Source of the DNA: Sandaracinaceae bacterium
Lineage (GTDB): Bacteria; Myxococcota_A; Polyangia; Polyangiales; Sandaracinaceae
DNA: 64,000 nt
Assembly (NCBI GenBank): GCA_044220955.1
Contig: JBGAQA010000014.1
Location: 42,542 to 106,541 of the forward strand
Reading direction: 5' to 3'
Under the pieces are notes generated by a model. The model was given only the letters and a program-made list of their open reading frames with translations, was not told where the DNA came from and did no database searches. The stretch's first letter is position 1, and every line of letters starts with the position of its first letter. The translations under genes were made by a program, and so were the position numbers. This document shows, piece after piece, positions 10,048-23,000 of this stretch.

Positions 10048-11000
10048 CGAGCGCCCCCCGCGAGCACGAACGGATGCGCCAACGCGTCGTCGCGCGTCGT
10101 CGGCGTGTTGCGGAGCGAGTGTACGAGCTCGATCGACGGTCGCGCGACCTCGATGCCGAACCCGCGTCCGGCGAGCGTCTCGGCGTACACGCGTGTGTGC
10201 AGGTCGGTGAACCCCTCCGAGAACTCGACCTCCGTCCCATCGACGGTGATCGAACGAAACGTCGTCTTCGCCGCCGCGCGAGCCGCTTCCGGGAGGTCGT
10301 TTCGATCCACCGACAGGAACCACTTCACGCGCGCGCGTTCGAGCTCGACGAACCCCGCCATTCGGCGGGGCTCGTCGAGGTGGATGCGGCGGTCCGTTAC
10401 CGGGCCGAAGAGCCAGCCCAGCAGATCGAAGAAGTGGATGCCGATGTTCGTCGGCACGCCGCCCGACTTTTCCGGCTGTCCCTTCCACGAGACGTCGTAC
10501 CAAGGTCCACGGGACGTGACGTACGTCAGCGTGACCTCGCGTCGTGCGCCGACGTCGGTCGCGAGTTGATCGCGGAGCGACACCAGCGCGGGATGCACGC
10601 GGAGCTGTAGGAGATTGAAGATGCGATGTCCCGTCTCTTGCTCGACCTGCTGGAGCGCGTCGAGGTTCCACGGGTTGATGACGAGGGGCTTCTCGCAGAT
10701 CACGTCCGCTCCGACCCGCAATCCCATCCGGCAATGCGCATCATGGAGATAGTTCGGTGAGCAGACGCTCAGCCAATGCACACGCGCGTGCTCCGGCCCG
10801 CGACGCAGCTTCTCCAGATAACGATCGAAGCGCTCGAACTCGGTGAAGAAGCGGACGTCGAACGAGTACTGGTCGAGGATGCCGACCGAGTCCTTCGGGT
10901 CGAGCGCGGCCACCAGCTGGTTACCCGTGTCCCGGATCGCCCGCAGGTGCCGCGGCGCGACGAAGCCTCCCGCTCCCGTGATCGCGAAGTTCTTGCGCAC
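10044..11000 (-). CDS. wbpB: UDP-GlcNAcA 3-dehydrogenase (Gfo/Idh/MocA, WbpB/WlbA-like)
   Basis: [60 protein letters not shown]-coupled to the wbpD-E fusion. Confidence 0.9.
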   Translation of the reverse strand: MRKNFAITGAGGFVAPRHLRAIRDTGNQLVAALDPKDSVGILDQYSFDVRFFTEFERFDRYLEKLRRGPEHARVHWLSVCSPNYLHDAHCRMGLRVGADVICEKPLVINPWNLDALQQVEQETGHRIFNLLQLRVHPALVSLRDQLATDVGARREVTLTYVTSRGPWYDVSWKGQPEKSGGVPTNIGIHFFDLLGWLFGPVTDRRIHLDEPRRMAGFVELERARVKWFLSVDRNDLPEAARAAAKTTFRSITVDGTEVEFSEGFTDLHTRVYAETLAGRGFGIEVARPSIELVHSLRNTPTTRDDALAHPFVLAGGAR

Positions 11001-11103
11001 CGCGTCTCTCGTGTCCTCGGAGGAAGGGGAGGTGTTGCACGCGCGCAGCCGAGAGTCACGCGCAGCCGTTGGGTTGCGTGCGCGCGCCCGCTCGTTCGAC
11101 GTG

Positions 11104-12996
11104 TCAACGCGAAACGGACGCTCGGGCCGGCGCTCGATCGTCACCCTCGGCACCTCTTCGGGGCCAGGCCGCGAAGAACCGTCGCTCCGTGGCCGCCGCC
11201 CAGCGTTCCGACGGAGCTCCGGGCGCGGCATCGCCCCGGGGCGGTTCCGGGATGCCGAAGCCTTGTTTGGGGCGCGCAGCGACGGTCGCGCCGACGCGTC
11301 GCTCCGCGGCGCGCCTGAGCACACGCTTGAACGTCCCTCGATGCATCTTGAACGCCAGCGGGAGGCTCATTCCGAGCTCGACGATCCGGTAGTCGAGCAG
11401 CGGCGCGCGCGCCTCGAGCGAGTACGCCATGGTCGCCCGGTCGACCTTCACGAGCACGTCGCTCCGTAGATACGTGACGAGGTCGAGCGCTCCGAGTAGT
11501 TCCGGCAGGCTCCTCGCCTGCGCGGCGTCCCAGGCGTACGCGGGGAACGTCGTGCGAGCGTACCGGAGCAGCGACGGGGGCAAGCGCGTCCGATCGACCG
11601 GCTCGAGCGCTTCGCGCTGCCGAGCCGAGTGGAAACGCTCGTACAGGTCGTCGGGGCGCTCGCTCCGGAGGGTGGCCTGCAGGATCGCCTTCTTGTTCTC
11701 GAGCGTCCCGACGTTCAGCCCCAAAGCGCGTACCGAGACCCGCAGCGCCGCAGACCCTGCGCGGGTCGACAGGAGCTTGCTGGCGATGGAGGGCCCGCCG
11801 GGGAACCAGGCCACGCTTCGCCGCATGCGCCACAGGCGCTCCGGGTACCCGAGCCATGGATAGCCGAGGAAGACCTCGTCTCCGCCGTCGCCCGTCAGCA
11901 CGACGGTCACGCGGCGACGTGCGGCTTGCGCGTTCGCCATCGTCGGAATCTGCGAGACGTCGCCGAGCGGCTCGTCGTAGTACCAGGCGATCTTGGACAC
12001 CTGTTCGTCGTATGCATCCAGCTCGAGCGAGAGCCGTTCGAATCCGAGCCCGAGGCGCCTCGCGGTATCCTCGGCGACGCTGGACTCGTCCAGTTTCGGG
12101 TCGGCCGATCCGATCGTGAACGCCGTCGTAGAGCGTGGCGCGGCGCGCGCGACACTGGCCGCCACCAACGACGAGTCGATTCCTCCAGAAAGAAAGACGC
12201 CTACTGGGACGTCAGCGTCCAGGCGAATTCGCGTCGCGTCGTCGAGGAGCTCGAGGACCCGGTCCACGCCGTCGTCGAGGCTCCCGTGGAACACGCGGCC
12301 GCACGCCGCGAGCGGATCCCAGTAGAGGCGCGGAATCACGCTCGGTAGACGCTCGCTGGCGAGCGAAAGGCGCGCGAACGAGGCCGCGGGGAGCTTGGAG
12401 ATGCCCTGCCAGATGGAGCGGTTGTCCGGCACGTAACCCAGCCACCGGAAGAGCGACAGGGACGTCTCGTCCACGAGCAAGGGCGCGCCGAGCTCGACGA
12501 GTGCCTTGATCTCGGAGGCGAACAGAAGCCGCTGCTCGTCGCGGTAATAGTAGAGTGGTTTTTTCCCGAGCCGGTCACGCGCGAGCACGATCTCCGTGCG
12601 CCGCACGTCCCACAAGCCCAGGGCCAGCATCGCGTTGGTTCGCTCGAGGAACTCCGGCCCGTGGAGGAGCAGTCCAGCGAGAAGCACTTCCGTGTCGCTT
12701 CGCGACCGGATGGGCGTCAGGGGCTCCATCTCCTGCCGGAGCGAGCGATGGTTGTAGAGTTCGCCGTTGAAGGTGATCGCGCCCCCGGGCCGCTCCATCG
12801 GCTGCGCTCCCGCAGGGGAGAGATCGACGATCGCGAGTCGCGCGTGGCCCAGCCAGACCTCCCAGTGCGCCGTCCGCCCAGCGAGCAGCACGCCGCGCCC
12901 ATCCGGGCCGCGGTGGCGCAGCGAGCCGACCGCGCGCTCGAGGTCGGGCGCCGTGAGCGCGCCCGGTCGCACCACCGCGCCCACGATCCCGCACAT
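11104..12996 (-). CDS. asnB: Asparagine synthase-like glutamine amidotransferase (probably sugar uronamide formation)
   Basis: MCGI start, HRGPD, RLAIVDLS, FNGELYN, FLSGGIDSS, GDGGDE, KVDRATMAYSLEARAPLLD. Confidence 0.92.
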   Translation of the reverse strand: MCGIVGAVVRPGALTAPDLERAVGSLRHRGPDGRGVLLAGRTAHWEVWLGHARLAIVDLSPAGAQPMERPGGAITFNGELYNHRSLRQEMEPLTPIRSRSDTEVLLAGLLLHGPEFLERTNAMLALGLWDVRRTEIVLARDRLGKKPLYYYRDEQRLLFASEIKALVELGAPLLVDETSLSLFRWLGYVPDNRSIWQGISKLPAASFARLSLASERLPSVIPRLYWDPLAACGRVFHGSLDDGVDRVLELLDDATRIRLDADVPVGVFLSGGIDSSLVAASVARAAPRSTTAFTIGSADPKLDESSVAEDTARRLGLGFERLSLELDAYDEQVSKIAWYYDEPLGDVSQIPTMANAQAARRRVTVVLTGDGGDEVFLGYPWLGYPERLWRMRRSVAWFPGGPSIASKLLSTRAGSAALRVSVRALGLNVGTLENKKAILQATLRSERPDDLYERFHSARQREALEPVDRTRLPPSLLRYARTTFPAYAWDAAQARSLPELLGALDLVTYLRSDVLVKVDRATMAYSLEARAPLLDYRIVELGMSLPLAFKMHRGTFKRVLRRAAERRVGATVAARPKQGFGIPEPPRGDAAPGAPSERWAAATERRFFAAWPRRGAEGDDRAPARASVSR

Positions 12997-13012
12997 TGGA
13001 GCGCGCTTGGCT

Positions 13013-13597
13013 CTATTCCGAGGCCGCCGGCGGGATGTACGGGATCGCCTGATCTGCGATCACTGGCGTGAGCGACACGTCCCCCGTCGGCGCGTTCGGG
13101 TCAATCTCCGTCACGACGCGGGTCGTGCCCGTCTCGAACATCGACTGGCCGACGCAGAGGTTCGCGTCGCGCTCGAGCTGCTCGAAGGTCTGGCCGAGCA
13201 CCGTGATGACCGTGTACTCGTGGTTGCGGCGCCCCACGTCCAGCAGCGTCACGGCCTCCTGCAGCGAGACGATGCGCTCGTCGAGCGTCTCGATGTGCGC
13301 GTTGATCTGCGTGAGCTTGTCGTCGACGCATGTGACGCGGACGACGTCCCCTTCTCGCCGCCCCTCGTCCAGCATCCCCATCACGCGGCGCTGGAGGCCG
13401 TGCGCGTTCGTCTGGATGTGCTCAGCTTCCGCGAGCTGTTCCTCGGGAGTCAGGTCGGCCCGCCGCTGGACACCCGTGGAGGCGTCTTCGCCGCCCTCGT
13501 CGTCCGACGGGCCGGACGCTCCGGAGCCCTGAGCGTAGGCGAAGCCCGCAGCCCCGACGAGCAAGACGGCACCAATTACCGCGATCTTTCGCATCAT
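13013..13597 (-). CDS. Hypothetical secreted helical/coiled-coil protein
   Basis: Signal peptide ending AYA; helical core with two Cys (VTCVDDKL, ANLCVG); good upstream promoter. Confidence 0.75.
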   Translation of the reverse strand: MMRKIAVIGAVLLVGAAGFAYAQGSGASGPSDDEGGEDASTGVQRRADLTPEEQLAEAEHIQTNAHGLQRRVMGMLDEGRREGDVVRVTCVDDKLTQINAHIETLDERIVSLQEAVTLLDVGRRNHEYTVITVLGQTFEQLERDANLCVGQSMFETGTTRVVTEIDPNAPTGDVSLTPVIADQAIPYIPPAASE

Positions 13598-13624
13598 TCG
13601 AACCTCGTCCGACCAGACGCAGCC

Positions 13625-13653
13625 AACGTACCAGTGGCGGTCCGGGGGGTCAA
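13625..13653 (-). promoter_or_regulatory. Sigma70-like promoter TTGACC-N17-TACGTT with extended TG
   Basis: Near-consensus hexamers with 17-bp spacing, just upstream of the 13597 start. Confidence 0.55.
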
Positions 13654-14045
13654 CGAGACCTGTTGCGAGGCGGGGCCGGTTGGTTCATCCATCGCGCTCC
13701 CGCCCACGAGGCGTACCGCGCGATCGACCTCGAAGCGCTCGCCTCGCGTGTCCGGCGCCGGGTGCTCGTCGACGGTAGGCGGGTGATCGACCTCGTCCGC
13801 GCGCGCCGCGCCGGGTTCCAGATCCGCGCGATCGGCCTCCCGCACGGCCCCCGCTGAGCGGGGTTTTCGACGTCGAATTGGCGCTTGCGATCGTGCTCCG
13901 CGCGTGCGTACCATCGCGCACGACGCAGCGGTGAGCTGCGCGAATTCGCCTATTTTTGCCTAGGATAATGCGGTTCGTCGCCGGAGCTCGGCGACAGCCG
14001 CTCCCGGTCGTTCGACGCATTCGCGAGAGAACGGAGACCCCCCGC

Positions 14046-17000
14046 GTGCTGACCGTATCGAACCTTCTCGGCGCCCTTCAGGAGGACCCGGACCAGGAGC
14101 AGACGATCGTCGATCTGCGCGACGCGCTGGCGAGCGGCGATCGTGCGCGGACGGGTGAGGCACCCTTGCGGCTGATCGCGCTGGCGCGCGAGCAGCACGA
14201 GGCGCGTCACGAGTGGACGGCGGCCGCTGGCCTGCTCTCGATCGAGATCGACCTGACCAAGGACGACGTCGATCGCCGCGCCGCGCTGCTCGTCCGCCTC
14301 GGGCGCATCCATCGCGAGGAGCTCCTCGACGACGAAGCCGCGAAGGTGGCGTACCAGGCGGCCAAGGAGCTGCGGCCGGGCGACGGGGACATCGAGGAGG
14401 CGCTCGAGGGGCTCGTCGCGGCCGAGGAGAACTGGAAGGACTTCGCGAAGCGCTTCGTGACCGAAGCGGAGACGACCAGCGAGCCTTCGCTCAAGACGTC
14501 GCTGCTGGTGAGCGCCGCGATGCTCGTCTGGAAGTACAAGAAGAAGGGGCGCGACAAGGACGTCGACCGCCTCTTCAAGCAGGCGCTCGAGGCCGACCCG
14601 GGCGATGCGCGCGCGGCGCGCTTGCAGGCGCACACGCTCCGCAAGCGCGAGAAGTTCGACGAGCTCGCCGCGGCGCTGCTGGAGGCCGGCGAGCGGACCA
14701 AGACACGCGAGGATCGCCTCTTCTTCTACCGACAGGCCGGCCGTACGTGCGCTCGGGTCCTCAAGCAGAAGGACCGCGCCGCCGCCTGCTTCGAGCGTGT
14801 GCTCGACTTCGCCCCGGGTGACGAAGAAGCGATGGGCTTCCTCGTCGAGCACTTCACCGACAAGGAGGCCTGGGATCACCTCGTCGCGCTCTACGACGAC
14901 GCGCTGCGCTCGCGTCACAAGCTCGACAACGAGCTCGGGATCGTCCTGCAGATCGCCATGGTCCACTGGCGCTTCCGGCAGGCGCCCGCCGACGCCGAGC
15001 CCTACTTCGCGCGCCTGCGCAAGGTCGACCCCGCTCACCCGGGGATGATCGCGTTCTACCGCGACTACCTCAGGGCCATCGGCGACCACGCGAAGCTCGT
15101 CACGGTGCTCACCGACGCGCAGCGCGTCGCCAGCGATCCGAAGCAGAAGCTCGACCTCGCCGTCGAGCTCGCCAAGGCGGCCGCCTCGAGCGGCGCGACC
15201 GATCGCGCGATCGACGCGTGGAAGGCCGTCCAGCGCATCGACCCCCACCACGCCGAGGCGCTCCCCGCGCTCCGCTCGCTCTACCGCGCGGGAGGGAAGT
15301 GGAACGCGCTCGTCGAGATCCTCAAGAACGAGATCGAGGCGCTGCCGGAGGGGGCCGACGATCGCAAGGTCGCGCTGCTCCGGGAGACGATCCCCATCTA
15401 CCAGAACGAGCTGAAGCTCGACGTGATGGTCATCAACACCTGGAACGCGATCCTCGCGATCCGTCCCCAGGACCACGACGCGCTCGACGCGCTCGCTTCG
15501 ACGTACGAGCAGATGGGGCGCTGGAACGACCTGATCCAGGTGCTCGGGAAGAAGGCCGACGCCGGCACCGATCCCAAGCAGCAGGCCGCGCTCTACATGC
15601 GCGTCGCGAAGCTCTGGATCGACCGCTTCGCGAACTACAACCAGGCGACGCGCCCGCTCGAGCAGGTCGTCGAGAAGGATCCGACGCACCGCGAAGCGCT
15701 GATGCTCCTGAAGGACATCTACACGAAGAAGCGCTCGTGGAAGCAGCTCTACGACGTGCTCCGCGCCGAGTCGGAGCTCGCGAGCGATCCCGACGTGCGG
15801 CAAGCGCACCGGATCGAGCTCGCGCGCATCGCGGGTGAGCGCCTGCACCGCGCGAGTGACGCGATCGCGATGTGGAAGGAGGTGCTCGCGCACGCCGGTT
15901 CTGCCGGAGGCACGAGCGTGGACGAGGCGCTCGACTCGCTCGAGAAGCTCGCCGATCGCGAGAAGGACTGGGCGACCGTCGCGGAGGTCCTCGAGCGGCG
16001 CGTGGCGGACCCGAAGACGGACGAGAAGGAGACGATCAAGCTCCTGACGAAGCTCGGGACCCTCTACGGCGAGCAGATGAACGACGGCGCGAAGGCCGCC
16101 GGGGCGTGGAAGCGGGTGCTCGCCATCGAGCCGAAGAACGGGCGCGCGCTCCGCACCCTGCGCGAGTCGTACGTCTCCGCCGGCGACTGGCCCTCGCTCG
16201 AGCAGCTCTACGGTGAGGCGAACGACTGGGACGGCCTGGCCGAGGTCTTCGGCAACGCGGCCGAGAAGGCCGAGGATCCCGCCGCCCGCGTCGACCTGTC
16301 GTTCCGCGCGGCGGCCGTGTACGAGACGCGGCTCAACCAGCCGCACCGCGCGTTCCGCAGCTACGAGCGCGCCCTCGCCACCGACCCCAGGAACGACCGC
16401 GCCGCCCGCGCGCTGCTTCCGATCTACGAGAAAGAGGAGAAGTGGGGGCGTGTCCCCGCACTGTCCGAGGTGATCCTCGCCAACCTCGCCGTGGGCGGCG
16501 AGGCGACCCGGAGCGAGCGGCTCTCCATCCTCGAGCGCCTCCGCAAGCTCGCGAGCGACCGGCTGAACGACCCGCAGGCGGCCGTGCGCTGGGCGGTGCA
16601 AGCGTTCGAGATCGATCCCACCGGCGCGGGCACGCGCGAGACGCTCTTCGCGACGGCCGAGAAGGCCAGCACGCCCGCGGCGTGGTCGGACGTGGAGAGG
16701 GCGCTCAGCGCCCGCCTCGGGTCGGCGAGCGGAGACGAGAGCCGGTGGCTCCGCGCGCAGATCGCCGCGATCGCGGGCGACCGCCTCGGACAGACGGATC
16801 GCGCCGTCGAGCAGCTGCGGGCGATGCTCGCCGCCGACCCCAAGGACGCGGACGCGGCGAGCTCGCTCGACCGCGTGCTGAGGGGCGCGGGGCGGCACGA
16901 GGAGCTCCGTGCGCTCTACGCCCACCGCATCGAGCACGCGGCGGACGATGCCGAGCGCTGGCTGCTGGTGTCCGAGCAGGCGCGGCTCGAGGAGGTCGAG

Positions 17001-20000
17001 CTCGGTGACAAGAGCGCCGCCGCCGCGCTCTACCGGCGCGCGCTCGAGCTCGACGCCAGCGATCGGGAGGCGCTCGCCGCGCTCGATCGCCTGGCGACGG
17101 AGGGTCGTCGCTACGACGAGCTGGCGGGCATCCTCGACAAGCGGCGCGACCTGGCCTCGTCCGATGCCGAGCGTGTCGATCTCACCCTGCGCCTCGGCGA
17201 GACCCTCGCGGGGCCTCTCGGCAAGCCGGGGCCGGCGAAGGAAGAGCTCGCGAAGGTGCTGGCGGCCAGGCCCACGGACGCGAGGGCCATCGGCCTGCTC
17301 GAGGAGATCGCCGCCTCGCAGCCGACGCTGGGCGACGCGATCGGCCGGGTGCTGGAGCCCGCGTACGAGGCGACCGGCTCTTGGGAGAAGCTGCGCGGCG
17401 TGCTCTCCGCTCGGATGGCGACGAGCCAGGACGGCGAAGAGCGGCGGGCGCTGCGCCTGCGCTTCGCCGATCTCTCGACCGAGCGGGCCAACGATCCGAA
17501 CAGCGCGTACACCGTGCTCGAGGGGGCGTTCCTCGACGACCCCAAGGACACGACCCTGTGGGATCGGCTGCAGCAGGCGGCCGAGCGCGCGGGCAAGCAG
17601 GCGGAGGCGGCGGCCGCCATGGCGACGGCGATCGATGCCGGCGATCTGCCCCAGGGGGATCAGGCGGCGCTCAGCAAGCGCGTCGCTGCGATCCACGCCG
17701 AGGTGCTCGGTCGCGCCGAGGACGCCGAGCCCTTCCACAAGCGCGTGCTCGCCTTCGACCCCTCGGACGAGGATTCGTTCAACGCGCTGAAGGAGCTCTA
17801 CACCGAGAAGGAGCGGTGGAACGATCTGCAGACGCTCTACCGCACGCGCATCGCGCAGACGGTGGACGCGGAGGCCAAGCTCGACCTGCTCCTGCAGCTC
17901 TGCTTCCTCTTCGAGGAGCTGATCGACGATCCGTCCGCGGCGATCAGCGTGTACCGCGACGTCCTCGAGATCGATCCCCGTCACGTGGCGGGCCGACGCG
18001 CGCTCGACAGGCTCTACGTGCGTACGGAGCGCTGGGCCGATCTCGCCGAGCTGCTCCGCGGGGACCTCGATCAGCAGGACGGCGACGAGGCGACGGCGAC
18101 GATGGTGCGCCTCGGCGAGGTCCTCGAGACCAAGCTCGCGCAGCCCAAGGAGGCCGTCGATCAGTACGAGGCGGCGATCAACAAGTCTCCCGATCACGAC
18201 GGGGCGCGCGCGGCCCTCGAGCGGCTGCTGGCGAGTCCCTCGCAGCGCCAGCGAGTCGCTGCGATCCTCGAGCCGGTCCACGAGATGCGAGAGAGCCACG
18301 CGGATCTCGCGCGCGTGCTCGAGGTGCAGCTGGAGGCCCAGGACGACAAGGGCGCCAGGGTCGCGCTGCTCACGCGCATCGGTCAGATCCACCAGGGCAA
18401 GCTCGGCGACGCCGAGGCCACCTTCCGCGCCTACGCGCGGGCGGTCGAGCTCGATCCGTCCGACGCGGGCCTGCGCGCGGAGCTCGCCAGCGCGGCCGCG
18501 CAGCGCGGGGCGCACGCCGATCGCGCAGAGGTGCTGGAGAAGGCGCTCGCCGGCGCGGGCGACGACATGGCGCTCAAGCGTGATCTCGGCCGCGAGATCG
18601 CCCTGATCTGGGACGACATGCTCGGGGACGCCGCCCGCGCGGAGAACGCCTACAGCCGCCTCATCCAGGACGCCGAGGGCGACGCGGAGACGATCCTCGA
18701 GGCGTCGCGTGCGCTCGAGCGCATCCACGTCGCGAGCGGCGACCACGCCAAGCTCGCCGTCGACCTCCGCCGACAAGCCGACCTCGAGAGCGATCCCGAG
18801 CGCAAGCGCCAGCTCCTCGTGCGCCTCGGTGATCTCGTCGAAGAGCACCTCGGCGACCGCGCGCAGGCCATCGCGATCCAGGAAGAGCGCCTCGTGAACG
18901 ATCCGAGCGACGCCGACGCGCTGCGGGCGCTCGAGCGCCTCTACGAGGCGGCCCAGAGCTGGTCGCCCCTCGCGGGCGTGCTCGAGAAGCTCGACGCGTT
19001 CGCGGCGAGCGACGACGAGCGCAAGCAGCTCGCGCGGCGCATCGGAGCGATCCGCGAGACCAAGCTGGGCGACCGGGACGGGGCCATCGCGGCGTACAAC
19101 GAGGTCGTCCAGCGGTTCGGCACGGATCGCGAGTCGCTCACCGCGCTCATCCGGCTCTACGAGGCCGCCGAGCGCTGGACGGACCTCCTGGAGGTCGTCC
19201 TCATGGTGCGCGACCTGATGGGCGTCGGCGCCCCACGCACCGGGCTCACGTTCCACGCGGCGGAGCTGATGCGGACGCAGACGAACGAGATCGAGCGCGC
19301 GATCGAGGCCTACCAGGAGGTCCTCGAGGCCGACCCGCACCACGAGGGCGCGCTCGGTGCGCTCCACGACATCGCGCTCGACCCCGAGGCCTCCGAGCGC
19401 TTCGCCGCGGCGCGCGCGCTGCGGCCTCGCTACGAGTCGGGCGCGAACTACCCCGCGTTGATCGAGATCCTGCAGGTGCTCGCCAGCGGCGACGACCCGT
19501 CCGAGCGCCTCTCGGCGCTGCGTCGCGCGGCCGAGATCGCCGAGGGCCCGCTCGCGGAGCCGGGCAAGGCGTTCGATCTCGCGATGCGCGCGGCGCGTCT
19601 CGCGACCACCGAGCCCGAGATCGGCCCGCTGCTCGCGGACGGCGAGCGGCTCGCAGCCGCGTCCGACCGGTGGACCGACTTCGCCACCAACCTCATGGAG
19701 GTCGCGCCCGAGATCGCCGACGCCGACCTGCAGGTCGACGCCTACCGGAAGATCGCGACGATCGCCGAGAACCGCCTCGCGGACACCGACACGGCGCGCC
19801 AGTACTACGAGAAGGTGCTCACCGAGCGCGGCGACGACCGCGCCGCGTTCGACGCTCTGGAGCGAATCGCGACCGCCGGAGAGAGATGGCCCGCGCTGCA
19901 CGAGCTGCTCGTCCGCAAGACGGACACCGTGACGAGCCCCGAGGAGCGCGTGCAGCTCCTCTTGCGGCGCGCCGAGCTCTCCGAGACGAAGCTGGGCGAC

Positions 20001-23000
20001 GTCCCGGGCGCGATCGACACCTACGACTCCGTCCTCGCGGAGTCCGAATCGGTCGCCGCCTACCAGGGGCTCGAGCGCCTGTACCAGACGGCGGAGCGCT
20101 GGCCGGACCTCGCCGCGCTCTACGAGCGCATGCTCGAGCGCAACGTCGGCTTCCCGGTCGACGTCCGCTTCAAGCTCGGCCGCCTCTACCGCGAGAAGCT
20201 GAACGATCCGTTCATGGCGCTCGAGCAATTCCGCGAGGCGCTCTCGGGCGGCGCGCCGCACGAGCCGACCATCGAGCAGCTCGAGCAGCTGATGGCGTCG
20301 AGCGAGCAGCGCGCCGCGGCCGCGGCGGTGCTCGAGCCGATCTACCAGCAGCGCTTGCAGTGGTCGAAGGTCGAGGGGGCTCTCGAAGCGCGCCTCTCGG
20401 GCGAGGGGGACGTCGAGGTCCGCAAGGGCTTGCTCGAGCGTCTCGGACGGCTCCGCGAGGAGTACCTGGAGGATCTCGACGGCGCGCTCGGCATCTACGC
20501 GCGCCTGTTCCGGGAGGACCCTCGCGACGAGTCCACGTGGGACACGCTCGCTCGGCTCGCGAAGGCGATCGACGCGTGGCCACGCGTCGCGGAGATCTAC
20601 AAGACGACGCTCGACGAGATCGGCGTCGACGACCCCGAGACGGCGAAGCTCGCGACGCTCGCGGCGCAGATGTTCGAGCAGCGCCCCGGCTTCTCCGGGC
20701 AGGGTGATCTCGACAAGGCCGCCGGTCTCTACGCCAAGGCGCTGGCGTTCTCGCCCACCGATCGGGGGGTGTTCCTGGCGCTCGAGGCGCTGCACCAGCG
20801 CCAGAAGAGCTGGGACGCGCTCCTGGCGCTCTATCGCGCGCAGATCGACGTCGCCGAGACCGACGCCGAGCGCGTCTCGCTCCTCGAGAAGCGGGCGGCG
20901 GTCCTGCGGGACCAGAAGGCCGACGCCGACGCGGCGATCGACGCGTTCCGGGAGATCCTCGACGTCGACCCGCAGCACACGGCGGCGAACGACGCGCTCG
21001 ACGCGCTCCTCACCCTGCGCGAGCGCTGGAGCGACCTGGCCGAGCATCTGCGGAATCGGATCCAGTACGCGAACGGGGCGCAGGAGGTCGCGCTGCGACA
21101 GCGGCTCGGCGTGCTCCTCGCCGAGAAGCTCGACGATCGCGTCATGGCGATCGACACGTTCGAGGAGATCGCGCGCCAGAACCCCGAGCACGGCGAGTCG
21201 GTGGCGGCCCTCGAGAAGCTCGTCACCGATCCCGCGCATCAGGCACGGATCATCGAGATCCTGGAGCCCATCTACCAGGCGACCGATCAGTGGCGGAAGC
21301 GGATCGCGATCCAGGAGGCCAAGGCCGCGCTGACGGAGGAGCCCTCCGAGAAGGCGGCGATCCTCTCGGACGTCGGCCACCTGCACGAGGACCGCGGCCG
21401 GGACCTGGCCATGGCGTTCGACGCGCAGTCGCGCGCGATGGCGCTCGAGCCGGGCAACGAGCAGCACCGGGCCGAGGTGGACCGCCTCGCGGCGCTCCTC
21501 GGCGCCTACGACCCGCTCGTCGCGGCGTACGAGGCGGCGATCAAGGCGAGCACGGACCCGGTGGTCACGACGTCCCTGCTCAACACGATCGCGCGCGTCC
21601 ACGACGAGAAGCGAGGCGATCCCCGTGCGGCCATCGAGACCTACGAGCGCCTCCTGGCGCACGACTCCGAGGACGCGAGCCCGCTCGACGCCCTCGAGGC
21701 CCTTCACACGATGGTCGGTGACTGGCGCGGGATGGTCTCGGTGCTGGAGCGCAAGGTCGAGCGCGCCTACGACCCCGCGGAGCGCGGCGAGCTCCTGCGG
21801 CGCGCGGGCTCGGTCGCGGAGGATCTCCTCGGCGATCGCGGCCAGGCGATCGCGCTCTATCGCAAGGCGTCGGAGGAGGACTCGGCCGACCCCGTGTCGC
21901 TCGAGTCGCTCGATCGGCTCTACAGCGAAGCAGCCGATCACGAGCACCTCGGCGAGGTGCTCAAGCGGCGTCTCGAGATCGAGCAGGACGAAGATGCGCG
22001 CGTCGACGCGGGTCTGCGGCTCGGCGCTCTCTGTCGCGACGCGCTGCGCGATCCGGAGGGGGCGATCGAGGCCTTCACGCGGGTGCTCGCGGACCGCGAG
22101 GGTGAAGAGACGGCCGTGGCTTCGCTCACGGAGCTCTACGAGCGCCAGGCCCGCTGGCCCGATCTGCTCGAGAACCTGCGGCTTCGCGCGGGGCTGGCCG
22201 GCGATCCCGTACAGCGCGTGGCGTTCCTGCACCGCTCGGCGGAGATCCTCGAGCGCGAGCTCGACGACGTGACCGAGGCGCTCGTGGTGCACGAGCAGGT
22301 CCTCACGATCGATCCGCGTCACGAGCCGGGCATCCAGGCGCTCGTGCGCATCGCGAAGCTCGACGAGCACCGCGCCGCCGCGGCGGCGATCGTGCTTCCG
22401 ATCCTCGAGCGCGAGGGCCGGTACGCCGAGCTCGCCCAGCTGCTCGGCCTGGTCGCCGAGGCGTCGCGGGACCCCGTGGAGCGGAAGGAGACGCTGCGTC
22501 GGCTCGCGCGCGTGCGCGAGCAGGGGCTGCGCGATCTCGCGGGCGCCTTCGAGGCCGAGAACCGCGCGCTGGCCGAGGACCCGGGTGACGACGAGATCGC
22601 GGCGAGCATGGAGGCGCTCGCCGGGCGCCTCGGGGCCTACGACAAGCTCGCCGACGCTCTCGCGGCTCGCGCCTCGAGCGCCAGCGATCCGGACGCGGCT
22701 CGCCGGCTGTATGCGCGGCTGGCGCGGGTCGCCGAGGGCAACCTCGCCGACGACGCGCGCGCGATCGAGGCCCACAAGCGCGCGCTCCAGAACGCGAGCG
22801 ACGACGCCGACGCGCTCGCTGCGCTCGACCGCCTCTACACCAAGCAGTCGGACTGGACCGCCCTCGCGGACATCCTCGACCGGCGCATCCAGCTCGCGGA
22901 CGACCCCACGGAGCGTCGGGACATGCTGGTACGGCTCGGCTCGCTCCGCTGGGAGCAGTTCGAGGACGTGCGCGGCGCGTTCGCGGCGTTCTCGGAGGTG

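Noticed and set aside
4683..10734. Long N-terminal extensions on the GT4, hisH2 and wbpD-E ORFs
   Set aside because: They overlap well-supported upstream genes in other frames and read as Arg/Pro-rich nonsense
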